Of a DNA stretch of 64,000 bases, positions 1 through 9,704 are shown in pieces. How positions within the stretch are numbered: position 1 is the stretch's first letter; every line of letters starts with the position of its first letter. The DNA lies in IMG/VR virus record IMGVR_UViG_3300035445_000118, one strand, 5' to 3'. The DNA comes from an uncultured virus (IMG/VR IMGVR_UViG_3300035445_000118). Lineage: Duplodnaviria; Heunggongvirae; Uroviricota; Caudoviricetes. A program made the position numbers and the translations under genes. A model generated the notes under the pieces. That model was not told the DNA's origin, searched no databases, and worked only from the letters and a program-made list of their open reading frames with translations.

Positions 1-321
1 CGCACCTGGACGGACTACCTGCGTATCAAGGCGTACATCGATGCGCTTCCAGCGGGGACCATCATCATCTCTGGTGGCGCGCAGGGCGTGGATAGCCTCG
101 CAGCAGGCTACGCTGAAGCACGGGGGCTATCCGTGGTCGTCTTCCTTCCCGACTGGGACCGCTTCGGCAAGTCGGCGGGCATGATACGCAACCGTCTGAT
201 CGTGGACGCGGCACAAGAAGTGGTCGCGTTCTGGGACGGCGAGTCGCGCGGGACGAAGGGCACGATTGACTTGGCGCTCCAGGCCAAGCATATCAAGACC
301 GTAACCGTGTTTAGGGGGTAG
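1..321 (+). CDS. SLOG/YspA-like (DUF2493) protein, 5'-truncated by window edge
   Basis: Frame is open from base 1; motifs ISGGAQGVD, AGMIRN and VAFWDGESRGT are typical of YspA-type SLOG proteins. Confidence 0.85.
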   Translation, partial: RTWTDYLRIKAYIDALPAGTIIISGGAQGVDSLAAGYAEARGLSVVVFLPDWDRFGKSAGMIRNRLIVDAAQEVVAFWDGESRGTKGTIDLALQAKHIKTVTVFRG

Positions 322-324
322 AGC

Positions 325-567
325 ATGATCATCAATTGGGAATACCTCCAGAGGTTGGGACCCGCTGAAGAGGCGGCACATTGGAACGCATTGCGCGACC
401 AGTTTATCCGTGAGTTGGTCGCGCTGAACGCCATCCCCGAACGCTACTTCTGGAGCGTCGATCCAGGATGCGGACAGGATGTCACAGTCATCGCGATGTG
501 GATGGAGGACCGACCGCCAGTCCAGACGAAGCACGAGATGAAGCCGAGTACACGAGTGATAGGGTAG
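325..567 (+). CDS. hypothetical protein
   Basis: 80-aa ORF packed between neighbours. Confidence 0.55.
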   Translation: MIINWEYLQRLGPAEEAAHWNALRDQFIRELVALNAIPERYFWSVDPGCGQDVTVIAMWMEDRPPVQTKHEMKPSTRVIG

Positions 568-571
568 GACG

Positions 572-1126
572 ATGAAAGCGATTGAAACGACCTACAATGG
601 CACGCTGTATCGCAGTCGGTTGGAAGCGAAGTGGGCCGCCTTCATGGATATTCTGGGCATGACGTTTGCCTACGAATTGGAAGGCGTCAACCTGGGGAAT
701 CTCTACTACCTTCCCGATTTCTTCCTCCCCATTCTAGACTGTTGGGTGGAAATCAAGCCCTTTACCCCGACACCGCTAGAAGACTTGAAAGCCCGACGGT
801 TGGCGCAACTCACTAACCGCAACGTCTACGTGTTCTTCGGAGACCTTCCTAAAGTCACTTCGCACTTTGGCTTTCCTGAAGTAGAGACCGACAGCAGCAG
901 TGCTATGTGCTGGTTTCCCAACGGTAATGAGGACCACCGCTATCTCTGGTGTCAGTGCCCCCGTTGCGGCGCTATCGGCATCGAATTTGACGGACGCGGA
1001 GCACGGGTCTGCGGTGATCGATGCTGCCCAGGCAATGACAAGGGCTACAACGCCGCCAATCACACCCTGGCTTCAGCCTATGTGCTCGCCCGCAATATGC
1101 GGTTCAACGACGGAAAATCCTGGTAA
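572..1126 (+). CDS. PD-(D/E)xK-type phage nuclease-like protein
   Basis: YRSRLEAKWA, YLPDFFLP and WVEIKP motifs; C-terminal CxxC. Confidence 0.75.
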   Translation: MKAIETTYNGTLYRSRLEAKWAAFMDILGMTFAYELEGVNLGNLYYLPDFFLPILDCWVEIKPFTPTPLEDLKARRLAQLTNRNVYVFFGDLPKVTSHFGFPEVETDSSSAMCWFPNGNEDHRYLWCQCPRCGAIGIEFDGRGARVCGDRCCPGNDKGYNAANHTLASAYVLARNMRFNDGKSW

Positions 1127-1138
1127 AAGGACCCTGCC

Positions 1139-2029
1139 ATGTCTAAAGAACTTCATTGGGATGTTCGGAATCACCTACATGAATTTCGGGAGGGCAATAA
1201 AGGCGCACGCTGGCCCATCCTGACCGCCATGCTGCTCCACTCCAATCAACGTTTGCGCTGCTGGCCCAGCACGGACCTGCTGATGGCCGAAACGGGCTTC
1301 TCCAGTCACAAAGAGATCACTGAGGCCCGCCGCTGGTTATTGGATCGCCAAGCCATCATCCTGGTTCCTTATCACCAGCGCGTGGGGGAAGAAAAGAACC
1401 TGCCCGAACGCCAATTTGTGTATCAGCTCACTGGCGTCTTTCGCGCGAAAGACGGGACCCTGGTGCCCCTGTTGCGCCTGTCTCCCGAAGAGGCGGGGAG
1501 CGTGATCGCCGACCTCAAGACCATGGATGGGATCGAAAGTTCCGTCAGGGAAAGTATGATGGCGGACCTCAAAGGTATCTTCCAGGTTGAAGATATTGTT
1601 GTGCCTAAAAAGAAGGCACAACGTCGCCGAGCGGCCCAGCCGACGAAAGAACGGGTGCCCTCCGCCTGCATGAACCCGATGAAAGACGCTATCGTCAATG
1701 CCTTTGGATGGGATTGGAAAACCATGACGGGCACTGAAATTGGGTTGGTCCAGAAGGTGGCGCGTGAGTTATGCTTGGCCCACACCGCGCCTGCTGACAT
1801 CCCCTCCCTGCACAAATTCTGCGAGAAGTTTACGGACTTCGGACCAGGAGCACTCTCGAAACATCTTTCGGAGTGGCGCAACCCAAAGCCTCCGGCGACG
1901 GGCATCCCATCGCGTCCGCCCCAATCCCCGCCGCCGACCGCCCCTCGCGACGTTTGGGCTGAACCCGATGCGTATGGACTGGCCTTGCAAGCCGCCGCCG
2001 CTGCCCGGCAGCCAGGAGCAGGTGCATGA
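1139..2029 (+). CDS. putative replication initiator (N-terminal HTH)
   Basis: CWPSTDLLMAETGFS wHTH-like start; directly upstream of the primase-helicase. Confidence 0.6.
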   Translation: MSKELHWDVRNHLHEFREGNKGARWPILTAMLLHSNQRLRCWPSTDLLMAETGFSSHKEITEARRWLLDRQAIILVPYHQRVGEEKNLPERQFVYQLTGVFRAKDGTLVPLLRLSPEEAGSVIADLKTMDGIESSVRESMMADLKGIFQVEDIVVPKKKAQRRRAAQPTKERVPSACMNPMKDAIVNAFGWDWKTMTGTEIGLVQKVARELCLAHTAPADIPSLHKFCEKFTDFGPGALSKHLSEWRNPKPPATGIPSRPPQSPPPTAPRDVWAEPDAYGLALQAAAAARQPGAGA

Positions 2030-4026
2030 CTGCCGTCACCGAAGCGCCCGCCAAGTCTGCGATCTGGAACGCCGCCGCTATGGATTTCGGCTGGGGATTC
2101 AATGTGATTCCCATCGCTGAAAAACGTCCCTTCACCAACTGGGCGCTATTTCAAGAAGCACACCAAACCCGTGAACAGGTTCGGGAACTTCCCTGGAAAG
2201 ATAGTCGCACGACGGGCTACTCAGCGTTCTGTGGCATTGGGGGCTTAGTCGTCGTCGATTTCGACAAACAGGACAATGAGAATGCCGTGAATGCCTTCCT
2301 GTTCGCGCTCGACCTACCGGTGGATTATGCCCATGTGGTACGCACGCCGGGTGGCGGTTTCCATGCTTCAGTGCTCTGCCCCCAATTTGACGAATGGATT
2401 AAGCCTGAGCATCGTCCGATGGGCGGTCGCCTGGATCGTCCGGGAACCATGGGGGCGTGGGATGAAAAGGGGCAACCCGACCGCCAGCGTCCGCACATTG
2501 AGCTGCGTTACGGATCGGATTGTTTGGTCGTTCGTCCGCCGTCCCTACATCCCTGCGGGAAACACTACGCCTGGCTCAAAGACACACCCACTACACCGCC
2601 CCAGATGGTCACCGCCGAAGCGCTTTACAGCGCCTATGAGTCGGTGACTCTGGAACTGCCGGTATTGCCAGCGGTGGAACCACCCATCGTGCGCACGGAC
2701 ATCCCAGCAGAGTACAAAGACCGCTATCAACAGTGGTGCATCGAGATTGAACAGGCGGCAGTGCATGCTTGGAAGATTGCGCCGCCCCGATCAAATGGTC
2801 ATTCGCGCCAGAATATTCCCTGTCCTTTTCATGAAGATCGCACCCCCAGTGCCAATTGGAATTTCCAGACGCATGGGTTGCGCTGCTTTTCGTGCGATGA
2901 AGATTTTAACACCCATCGCATTGCTGATTTGTTGGGTCTTCCCTCCTGGGAAGAAACGAAAAAAGCCTTTAAGCCCGAACGAGTCTTTAAACTCCATGAG
3001 CACGCTCCTAACGGAAATGGTCACAAACCTCCTGCACCTACCATTCGCATCGTCGATAGTGATACGGCGTTGCAAAACATTCTGGGATGGACCCTGGGAG
3101 AAGGAACTCCCACCGAATCCATTCTCTCCCCATACTCCTGCCTGCATCACTTGGGGGGCTTTGCGAAGCTATGGGAACCCCGCAAATTGATCTACATCGT
3201 GTCCGGCGGAGGGTTGGGTAAAACAGCATTTATCGAGACTGGATTGGACATCTTGCGCCAACGGGGACATGACGTGATCATGTGGGGGCCGGAGTGGTCG
3301 CCCGAAGAAGTTCAGATGAAAGCGGTCGCCCGCTATGGTGGTCCCAGTTTTACGGCGCAGCGCGAAAGTCAGATGTGGCACTCCGAAAACGCTAAGGGCG
3401 TGCCGGTGGATCGGCGTAATGGGAAACTCATCAGCGACGATCAACTCAGCCAGGTGCTTCACCGGATCGATCTAGTCAGTAAGTGGCCCGGCAAGGCTAT
3501 CTATATCGACTCGGCACGAGCATCGCTCGACCAAATCCTGAAAACTGTCGAACGCATCGTCACTGAACGTCGCGCCGCCGGTCGCAAAGTCTCCGTGCTG
3601 GCGTTTGACTACCTACAGAAAGCGCGTAACCCACGCGGTCAAGGAGTCTGGAGCGAACTCGAAGATAAAGCCAACCTGATCGGGCAGACGTGTATCGACC
3701 TGAACCTTGTGGGAATCATTGCCTCCCAGGTGGGCAAGGCCAACAGTCGGAGCGTGCGCGCCGGTCAGGTCATCGATAGCAATGCGGGGCAGTCGGTCTC
3801 TGACCATTTACCCAATCTCTATCTCACTCTGTCCCCCAAATTCACCAAAGACGGAGCCCGGCTCGAACAAGCCTGGCTGGCGGTCATGAAAAATAGCTCA
3901 GGCATTGCCCCAGCGCGTGTGCTGGTAGAAACTGCTCTGCATCGGCACTTGTGGACTAACAATGTGGTGTCCGATGATGAGGAAGAATATCATCCGAAAA
4001 AGACCTTTGTGATGGGTCAAGATTAA
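2026..4026 (+). CDS. bifunctional primase/polymerase + Zn-finger + DnaB-like (SF4) helicase
   Basis: Prim-pol motifs VVDFD, RTPGGGFH and PPSLHP; CPFH..CFSC; Walker A SGGGLGKT; FDYLQ, ASQ and KN helicase motifs. Confidence 0.85.
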   Translation: MTAVTEAPAKSAIWNAAAMDFGWGFNVIPIAEKRPFTNWALFQEAHQTREQVRELPWKDSRTTGYSAFCGIGGLVVVDFDKQDNENAVNAFLFALDLPVDYAHVVRTPGGGFHASVLCPQFDEWIKPEHRPMGGRLDRPGTMGAWDEKGQPDRQRPHIELRYGSDCLVVRPPSLHPCGKHYAWLKDTPTTPPQMVTAEALYSAYESVTLELPVLPAVEPPIVRTDIPAEYKDRYQQWCIEIEQAAVHAWKIAPPRSNGHSRQNIPCPFHEDRTPSANWNFQTHGLRCFSCDEDFNTHRIADLLGLPSWEETKKAFKPERVFKLHEHAPNGNGHKPPAPTIRIVDSDTALQNILGWTLGEGTPTESILSPYSCLHHLGGFAKLWEPRKLIYIVSGGGLGKTAFIETGLDILRQRGHDVIMWGPEWSPEEVQMKAVARYGGPSFTAQRESQMWHSENAKGVPVDRRNGKLISDDQLSQVLHRIDLVSKWPGKAIYIDSARASLDQILKTVERIVTERRAAGRKVSVLAFDYLQKARNPRGQGVWSELEDKANLIGQTCIDLNLVGIIASQVGKANSRSVRAGQVIDSNAGQSVSDHLPNLYLTLSPKFTKDGARLEQAWLAVMKNSSGIAPARVLVETALHRHLWTNNVVSDDEEEYHPKKTFVMGQD

Positions 4027-4040
4027 AGGAGAACTGTGGA

Positions 4041-4316
4041 ATGTCCCCTCTTTTCGACCGTCCCGCTGTTCGTTCGCTGCGCGGCTCCGCCTATCGCGAC
4101 CCCGGCCCCGCCCTCGCCGACTGGGTGCTGTCCGGCGACCGTCTCTCCCTGACCCTGTGGAACACCCGCTTCTGGCAGCAGCACCGCCGCTACCACGCTG
4201 TCATGGGTGGGAGGGCGTCCTGGCGTCTGGATGGGGTCGACTACCAGCAGCAAAAGGTCACCGTGCTGCCGGGATTGAAGCTGGTCAGCGTCCTGGCCCG
4301 GCGGGTGCAGCGATGA
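4041..4316 (+). CDS. hypothetical protein
   Basis: AAGGAG RBS upstream; stop overlaps the next ATG (ATGA). Confidence 0.5.
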   Translation: MSPLFDRPAVRSLRGSAYRDPGPALADWVLSGDRLSLTLWNTRFWQQHRRYHAVMGGRASWRLDGVDYQQQKVTVLPGLKLVSVLARRVQR

Positions 4317-4924
4317 ATGCACCAAAACCCAAACGCCAGAGTAAGGGCGACGTAAAAGTCTCGAACGGCTATGACCGCTGCCAGACGCCGCCCTATGCCA
4401 TCCAACCGTTGCTGCCTTACCTGAATCCCACCTGGACGATCTGGGAACCGGCGGCGGGTGAAGGGCATCTGGTGCGTGCGCTCAAGGCCCAGGGGTTCAG
4501 CGTGGTGGGCAGCGACCTGCTGACCGGGGATAACTTCTTCGATTGCCCGCCCTATGAAGCCGATGTCGTGGTCACCAACCCGCCCTACAGCGTCAAATAT
4601 CTATGGCACGCGCGGTGTCACGAGATCGGCCAACCCTTCGCGCTCTTGGTGCCCCTGGAGATGATCGGCGCGGCACAGGCTCAGGTGCTCATGAAACGGT
4701 TTGGGGCAGAAATTATCCTGATGGATAAGCGCGTCGATTTTAAGATGGAAGGGCATACCTGGGTCGAGTCGAGCGCCCAGTTTCCTGTGATCTGGTTGAC
4801 CCACGGGCTAAACATCGGTCGTGAGATTACCTATGCGACCTTAGAAAAACCTTCACGGCAAATCCTGGCCCAATGGGATGCGCAGATGGTTCAACATTCA
4901 TTATTCGAAAGGGTACCTGGATGA
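4313..4924 (+). CDS. DNA N6-adenine methyltransferase
   Basis: WEPAAGEG SAM-binding motif, NPPY catalytic motif, N-terminal TPP; ATG at 4313. Confidence 0.85.
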   Translation: MNAPKPKRQSKGDVKVSNGYDRCQTPPYAIQPLLPYLNPTWTIWEPAAGEGHLVRALKAQGFSVVGSDLLTGDNFFDCPPYEADVVVTNPPYSVKYLWHARCHEIGQPFALLVPLEMIGAAQAQVLMKRFGAEIILMDKRVDFKMEGHTWVESSAQFPVIWLTHGLNIGREITYATLEKPSRQILAQWDAQMVQHSLFERVPG

Positions 4925-5193
4925 CAACCAAACGCACGGCGGATCTGGTCAACCTGGGGCTGAACGCCAGCCACAACAAGGATGTGCTGCTGGTCGCCAT
5001 CTTGCATGAGACTGAGGACCTGAACACCCGGAATCACTGGATCTTACGGGAGAAACTCGAACGACTGCGCACGTTGGCCGTCACCCTGCGGGATACCGGA
5101 CGCATCGACCACGATCCCCGCGTCGTCGGGGTGATCCTGGACGACGATGACGACTATCAGAAGGTAGACCATGATCCGGTCGAGGAGGATTGA
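4921..5193 (+). CDS. hypothetical protein
   Basis: ATGA overlap with the MTase. Confidence 0.5.
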   Translation: MTTKRTADLVNLGLNASHNKDVLLVAILHETEDLNTRNHWILREKLERLRTLAVTLRDTGRIDHDPRVVGVILDDDDDYQKVDHDPVEED

Positions 5194-5567
5194 TGACTGA
5201 GGATCGTTATCCTATGGAATGGGTCGAAGGATTACTGCAACGCGCCGCCTACGAGCGCGCGGGCTGGCGCTGCGAGTACTGCGGAGCACAATTTCCGGTC
5301 GGCGATACCCGGCACGCCACGCTGCGCAATCAAGACGGCAAGCCGCGCATTTTGACGGTGCATCACCTCATCGATGACAAAATGGATTGTTCCTATGAAA
5401 ATACCGTCGCGCTATGCCAGAACTGCCATTTGCATGTGCAAGGTGTTTGGAAGCCCGGCGGTGTATTGCCGAGTACCTGGTACCCCGTGCCTGAGTGGAT
5501 CATTGCGCGTGGGCTGCCCTATCAGATCGCGGGTATCCAATTGAAGTTGTTCGGAGAGATCGTATGA
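5193..5567 (+). CDS. HNH endonuclease
   Basis: RAGWRCEYCG, LTVHH, N..ALCQNCH. Confidence 0.85.
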   Translation: MTEDRYPMEWVEGLLQRAAYERAGWRCEYCGAQFPVGDTRHATLRNQDGKPRILTVHHLIDDKMDCSYENTVALCQNCHLHVQGVWKPGGVLPSTWYPVPEWIIARGLPYQIAGIQLKLFGEIV

Positions 5568-5803
5568 CTGCCCAATGGTCCGGCCCCATTTCGAAACCCG
5601 ACGTGCAAGCCCTGTTCCTCAAACTCGCTGACCGGGGTTCCGTGGCGGAGCGCATCCTGTACCACGAACTGTATGCCGCCAGTTTCTTTGCCGGGAACTA
5701 CGATGTCTCGCGGGGCTGGCCCATCGTCCAGGCATGGCTGGGCGAGGTCGGGTGTTGTCAAACCCACGGGAAAGACAAAACATGGCACCCACGACCGGCT
5801 TGA
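5564..5803 (+). CDS. hypothetical protein
   Basis: ATGA overlap with the HNH gene. Confidence 0.45.
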   Translation: MTAQWSGPISKPDVQALFLKLADRGSVAERILYHELYAASFFAGNYDVSRGWPIVQAWLGEVGCCQTHGKDKTWHPRPA

Positions 5804-5827
5804 CACTCCGCTATTATCGTATATAAT
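5800..5827 (+). promoter_or_regulatory. sigma70-type promoter
   Basis: TTGACA-N16-TATAAT, perfect hexamers, upstream of ORF 5852. Confidence 0.8.
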
Positions 5828-5851
5828 GAATATAGGCAATGAGGGAATGAG

Positions 5852-6079
5852 ATGAACCCGACGCAAGATATTCTGAATCACATCGCCGTAGGCCAGACCG
5901 AGTTGATCGAGCTCCTGTGGCGCGTCTGGACTCTGACCGATTGGCTCAATGCCGGGCATACCCTCCCAGACGCACCAGGACGGTCACCAGCGCACGATAG
6001 CGAAATTACATTCCTTCCTCCATCGACCCCTCTCGAAGGCGTGGAGCCGCTTCACGTTGTGCGTCAGGACCAGGATTAA
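5852..6079 (+). CDS. hypothetical protein
   Basis: GAGGG RBS; first ORF after the promoter. Confidence 0.5.
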   Translation: MNPTQDILNHIAVGQTELIELLWRVWTLTDWLNAGHTLPDAPGRSPAHDSEITFLPPSTPLEGVEPLHVVRQDQD

Positions 6080-6083
6080 TCCG

Positions 6084-6581
6084 ATGTGCACCTCGACACC
6101 CGCCCTTGAGTGGCCGCTGTTGGACGACCGTGACGATACCGTGGATTACGACCGCACCCCCTGGTTCCCTCCCGATTTTGATGACCGGATGCCGTGGGTA
6201 TCCCTGCCTGAACGACCCGTGAACCCGGACTGGGCCTATCCCGTTGAAACCGACCACGCCGGGCCTCTCGAAGACGACCATGAGTTGCAAGACCTGGACA
6301 ACTTCCCAGAGGAGGGGATCGCCTGTGAGAATCCAATCGTCCCCCCCCCGAAAGCGAAAAAGCCTGCGCGTAAGGTTACTCCTGCCCCCCAAGGTCAGCG
6401 TCCCCATGATCCCAGCAATTACACCGTGGTCGTTAATGGGGAAACGCGCGGTCCCGATTGGGGTATTGGGCGGGCAGCGGCGGAGTTCGCGCGCCATCGA
6501 GCCTCTTATGACCATGTTCCCAAAGGTCGTTATGTCGAATACGACCTGTGCGAAATTTTAGGGATTCCATTCAAACGTTAA
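6084..6581 (+). CDS. hypothetical protein (acidic, Pro-rich)
   Basis: AGGA RBS and ATG at 6084 within ORF 5949..6581. Confidence 0.5.
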   Translation: MCTSTPALEWPLLDDRDDTVDYDRTPWFPPDFDDRMPWVSLPERPVNPDWAYPVETDHAGPLEDDHELQDLDNFPEEGIACENPIVPPPKAKKPARKVTPAPQGQRPHDPSNYTVVVNGETRGPDWGIGRAAAEFARHRASYDHVPKGRYVEYDLCEILGIPFKR

Positions 6582-6600
6582 TCGAGAAGGAGAGAAAATC

Positions 6601-6837
6601 ATGATTGGAAAGGTTCATCGTGTGATGGGTGTGTGGGTGTTCGATTGTTGTGATTATGAAGTTTTTGCCGACTTACTGTTGTGGCCCTGGCTCCAACACC
6701 GGGGGGGCGTCCAGTTCGAAATCGACCTGCCCGACAGTCTTTCGACCACCTGGGGCATTCACCAGCGGTTATGCGAGTGTTACGGCGCGGTCCTGGATGT
6801 GATGCCGGACGTGACGTTGCCCGCCTGGAGGGCCTGA
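6601..6837 (+). CDS. hypothetical protein
   Basis: Strong AAGGAG RBS. Confidence 0.55.
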   Translation: MIGKVHRVMGVWVFDCCDYEVFADLLLWPWLQHRGGVQFEIDLPDSLSTTWGIHQRLCECYGAVLDVMPDVTLPAWRA

Positions 6838-6840
6838 ACC

Positions 6841-7251
6841 ATGTCCCCCGACCTGCGCCGCTACCTCCGCACAGCCCTTATTGGTCTCAACCGGGAACGC
6901 ACCCGCTGCGAGCATGGTTACCTGATCGGCAAACGTACGCACGCGACTCCACTGTACGTGTTCGTGCTGCCGCTTCAGGTGGTGGTTGTCGATGCCCGAC
7001 GGCGGTTGGACAACGGCAAACCCAGAGTGCTGCGGACGTTCCCCGAAATCACCACGGTAGCGGCGTTGGGGACGGACATCGAACAGATCGCCGAGGAGTT
7101 GAAGGCGGCAGAAGAGAAACGACTGCTGCCGCCCTGCCGGGCCCTGGTGACGCAGAACCATTACCAGTTCCCGCTTCAGTATCGCATGGCGTTGGAACAG
7201 GGACGCTATATCGCCTTTGTCAAGAGTCAGATGTTAGGAGTCGTGGCATGA
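6841..7251 (+). CDS. hypothetical protein
   Basis: GGAGG RBS; operonic packing. Confidence 0.55.
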   Translation: MSPDLRRYLRTALIGLNRERTRCEHGYLIGKRTHATPLYVFVLPLQVVVVDARRRLDNGKPRVLRTFPEITTVAALGTDIEQIAEELKAAEEKRLLPPCRALVTQNHYQFPLQYRMALEQGRYIAFVKSQMLGVVA

Positions 7252-7565
7252 AGTTCAAAGAAGTTTATCCCGATCCACTGTCGGCGGTTTGTTTTTGGGA
7301 CGTGGACACCGATCACCCCGACGACTTTCAGCCGCCTCCGGACCGCCGGGAAGACGTGATCTACGCGCGCCAGCAACGGGAGCTCATACGAACGGCGGAA
7401 CGTCGCTCTACCACCGCCCTGGAGCGTCTGCGGGCTGAAAATCCGGCGTTGGTGCTTGCGGTCCAGGCCATCAACGCGCGGGCCGTGTTCAGCCCGGCGG
7501 AGGTGGTGATCACCCGCCAGTACCAGCAGCGGTTGAACGAGTTGCTGGAGGCGGTCGATGCCTGA
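7248..7565 (+). CDS. hypothetical protein
   Basis: AGGAG RBS; ATGA overlap. Confidence 0.55.
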   Translation: MKFKEVYPDPLSAVCFWDVDTDHPDDFQPPPDRREDVIYARQQRELIRTAERRSTTALERLRAENPALVLAVQAINARAVFSPAEVVITRQYQQRLNELLEAVDA

Positions 7566-7800
7566 GTGGAAAGAAGAAATCATCTGGGGGACGGTGATTC
7601 GTACCCTGCGTATCCAGAACTATCTGGCGGTGCTGATTGGGGAGAGCGTGGGCACTTCTGACGAGACGTGGATGGGCAGTGTCGCCACGGTATCGGCGGA
7701 GGGAATGCACCACAACGTCTTCCCAGTGCCACCCACGTTGAGTTTCCTCCCCGCCCGATTGCTGGTCGAGGACTACCTCATTCATGCGAAGGTGTTATGA
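7558..7800 (+). CDS. hypothetical protein
   Basis: GGAGG RBS; overlaps the previous stop. Confidence 0.5.
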   Translation: MPEWKEEIIWGTVIRTLRIQNYLAVLIGESVGTSDETWMGSVATVSAEGMHHNVFPVPPTLSFLPARLLVEDYLIHAKVL

Positions 7801-7909
7801 TGGACGGCTTCGAAGCGTTGGTCAGGATAGTGGTTTTTATCACCGTGTTCATTTGCTGGATCGCCTGGGTGATTCCGCCCGATGATAAGAAGCCGTGGAG
7901 GAAATAACC

Positions 7910-8608
7910 ATGACGGATCACATGACTCCTGAAACGTTGGACGCCATTCGTGCTCGACTGGCGGCGGCGACGCCGGGGGAGTGGGTAATGGACGGGCTTG
8001 CTGATTATGTTAATCTCTGCACATTTCGAGTAGCTGCCCCAGGAGTGGGGAATATCGCTCAATATCTTACGGCCTTAGACGCCGAGTTGATTGCTCACGC
8101 CCCCGATGACCTCCGTGACCTGCTGGCCCTGGTGGACGCCCAGCAGCAGCAGATCGCCGACGCTGAACGCTTGCGCGCCAATGAAATCTCATGCGCCCGA
8201 TCCGATGCACGTTCGGAGTGTATCCTTGATATGCGGCGCTATCTAGCCGAAGGATTGCGGAAATTGGGTATTAGCGCCAACGACAAGATCAGTCTGACAG
8301 AAGTATTGGATCTCTTCCGATATATGCAGGCCAAGAATGTACGATTGACGCAAGAAGCCGAGACTCTTCGCAACATCCACGCCACCGACCAGACGCGCCT
8401 CGCGCAACTGGCCGATGAGTTGGCAGCGCTGACCCAGGAGTCTACGAACCAGTTGGCAGAGGCGTACTGGCAGCCCGACGAACACGGCGGCGGGTGGAAC
8501 GAATGCCGCTTCTGTAGCAAGGGGCCAATCCGTAACAGCACGCTCAAGACGTATCCACATGAAGTGGATTGCCCCGGCGCAAAATATACAGGAGAGTACA
8601 ATGGATAA
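7910..8608 (+). CDS. Ead/Ea22-like protein
   Basis: LDAIRARLAAATPGEW ... DAELIAHAPDDLRDLL signature followed by coiled coil. Confidence 0.7.
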   Translation: MTDHMTPETLDAIRARLAAATPGEWVMDGLADYVNLCTFRVAAPGVGNIAQYLTALDAELIAHAPDDLRDLLALVDAQQQQIADAERLRANEISCARSDARSECILDMRRYLAEGLRKLGISANDKISLTEVLDLFRYMQAKNVRLTQEAETLRNIHATDQTRLAQLADELAALTQESTNQLAEAYWQPDEHGGGWNECRFCSKGPIRNSTLKTYPHEVDCPGAKYTGEYNG

Positions 8609-8912
8609 CAAGTCCTCGAAGCGCCCTACGGTCTGGGGTGTACACTCCACGCCCGCTGAGGCGGTGGAAGCGGCGCGCAAGGCCAGCGCCGAACGAATCG
8701 CGCTGCTGGAGGCGGAGGTCGTGCGGCTGACGAATGAACTCAATCAGGCGCGGACAACTCGTGACCTACTGGATCGCCGCCTTCACGCGATCCTGGTCGA
8801 GATACTGTCCGCGCTCCCCCTGTTGGATCGAAGCGACCTCGAATTGGGGCAACTCATCAAGCGTATCGAAGTGATTGCGTTAGGAATGAATGCGCCGAAG
8901 GAGGCCGAATGA
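8601..8912 (+). CDS. hypothetical coiled-coil protein
   Basis: AGGAG RBS; heptad Leu pattern. Confidence 0.5.
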   Translation: MDNKSSKRPTVWGVHSTPAEAVEAARKASAERIALLEAEVVRLTNELNQARTTRDLLDRRLHAILVEILSALPLLDRSDLELGQLIKRIEVIALGMNAPKEAE

Positions 8913-9478
8913 TCTACGAACCTGAGAACATCACCGCGATAGTGGAAGGCCGCAAGGGTCAATCGCGGCGTGTGTACAAGTTGGGCGAGACGGCATGGTC
9001 CAAGCTGGATAACTGCGTCGTCACCGCTCAGGGCCGTCTGGAGACGCACTGGGAGACGATCCATTACGTGCTGGATACCAGCGGGCGTGTCAAGTGGCGC
9101 GTGGGCAACACCTACGCCGTGCAGCCAGGTCGAGGGCAGGCGGGCGTGTGGTGGCATCCCGACGACAGCGGAGGTAATTCGGCATGGATCGCGCCACATG
9201 ATTACGTTTTTGTCAACGACCATTCCTGGAGACCCCTACGCATCCGCCTCCTGAGCATCCGGCGCGAACGGGTGCAGGACATCGGCTCGACTGATGTGAT
9301 GGCAGAGGGGATCACGTATGATGGCAACGGGTATCATGTCCCTGGGTTTCCGAACGATCTATTCAGCTACTACAAAAGCGCCTATGAAGCGCTGTGGGAT
9401 CGCATCAACAAAAAGCCCGGCACACGCTGGACGGACAACCCCTGGTGTTGGGTGCTGAGCTTCGAAGTCGTCAAGTAG
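8909..9478 (+). CDS. ASCH/PUA-domain phage protein
   Basis: AIVEGRKGQSRR start, IRRERVQDI..AEG, W..NPWCWVLSF end. Confidence 0.8.
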   Translation: MIYEPENITAIVEGRKGQSRRVYKLGETAWSKLDNCVVTAQGRLETHWETIHYVLDTSGRVKWRVGNTYAVQPGRGQAGVWWHPDDSGGNSAWIAPHDYVFVNDHSWRPLRIRLLSIRRERVQDIGSTDVMAEGITYDGNGYHVPGFPNDLFSYYKSAYEALWDRINKKPGTRWTDNPWCWVLSFEVVK

Positions 9479-9519
9479 CAGGCGGGGTAGGGATCGCCCT
9501 GCCCTGAGTGGAGGAAGAG

Positions 9520-9702
9520 ATGGAACGCGAAATCAGACACCTGGAATATCTGTATGAGAAAATGCGCGACGACCGTGATAAGGAATACAGCCGCGCTGAA
9601 CGACTGGAAAGCGAACTGAGGACCGCGAAAGCACGCATCAAGGAATTAGAGGGGCGCGTAGGTCGAGCCTATGACGCCTATATCCAGAACCCGGAGCGCT
9701 GA
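9520..9702 (+). CDS. hypothetical coiled-coil protein
   Basis: GGAGG RBS. Confidence 0.5.
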   Translation: MEREIRHLEYLYEKMRDDRDKEYSRAERLESELRTAKARIKELEGRVGRAYDAYIQNPER

Positions 9703-9704
9703 TT

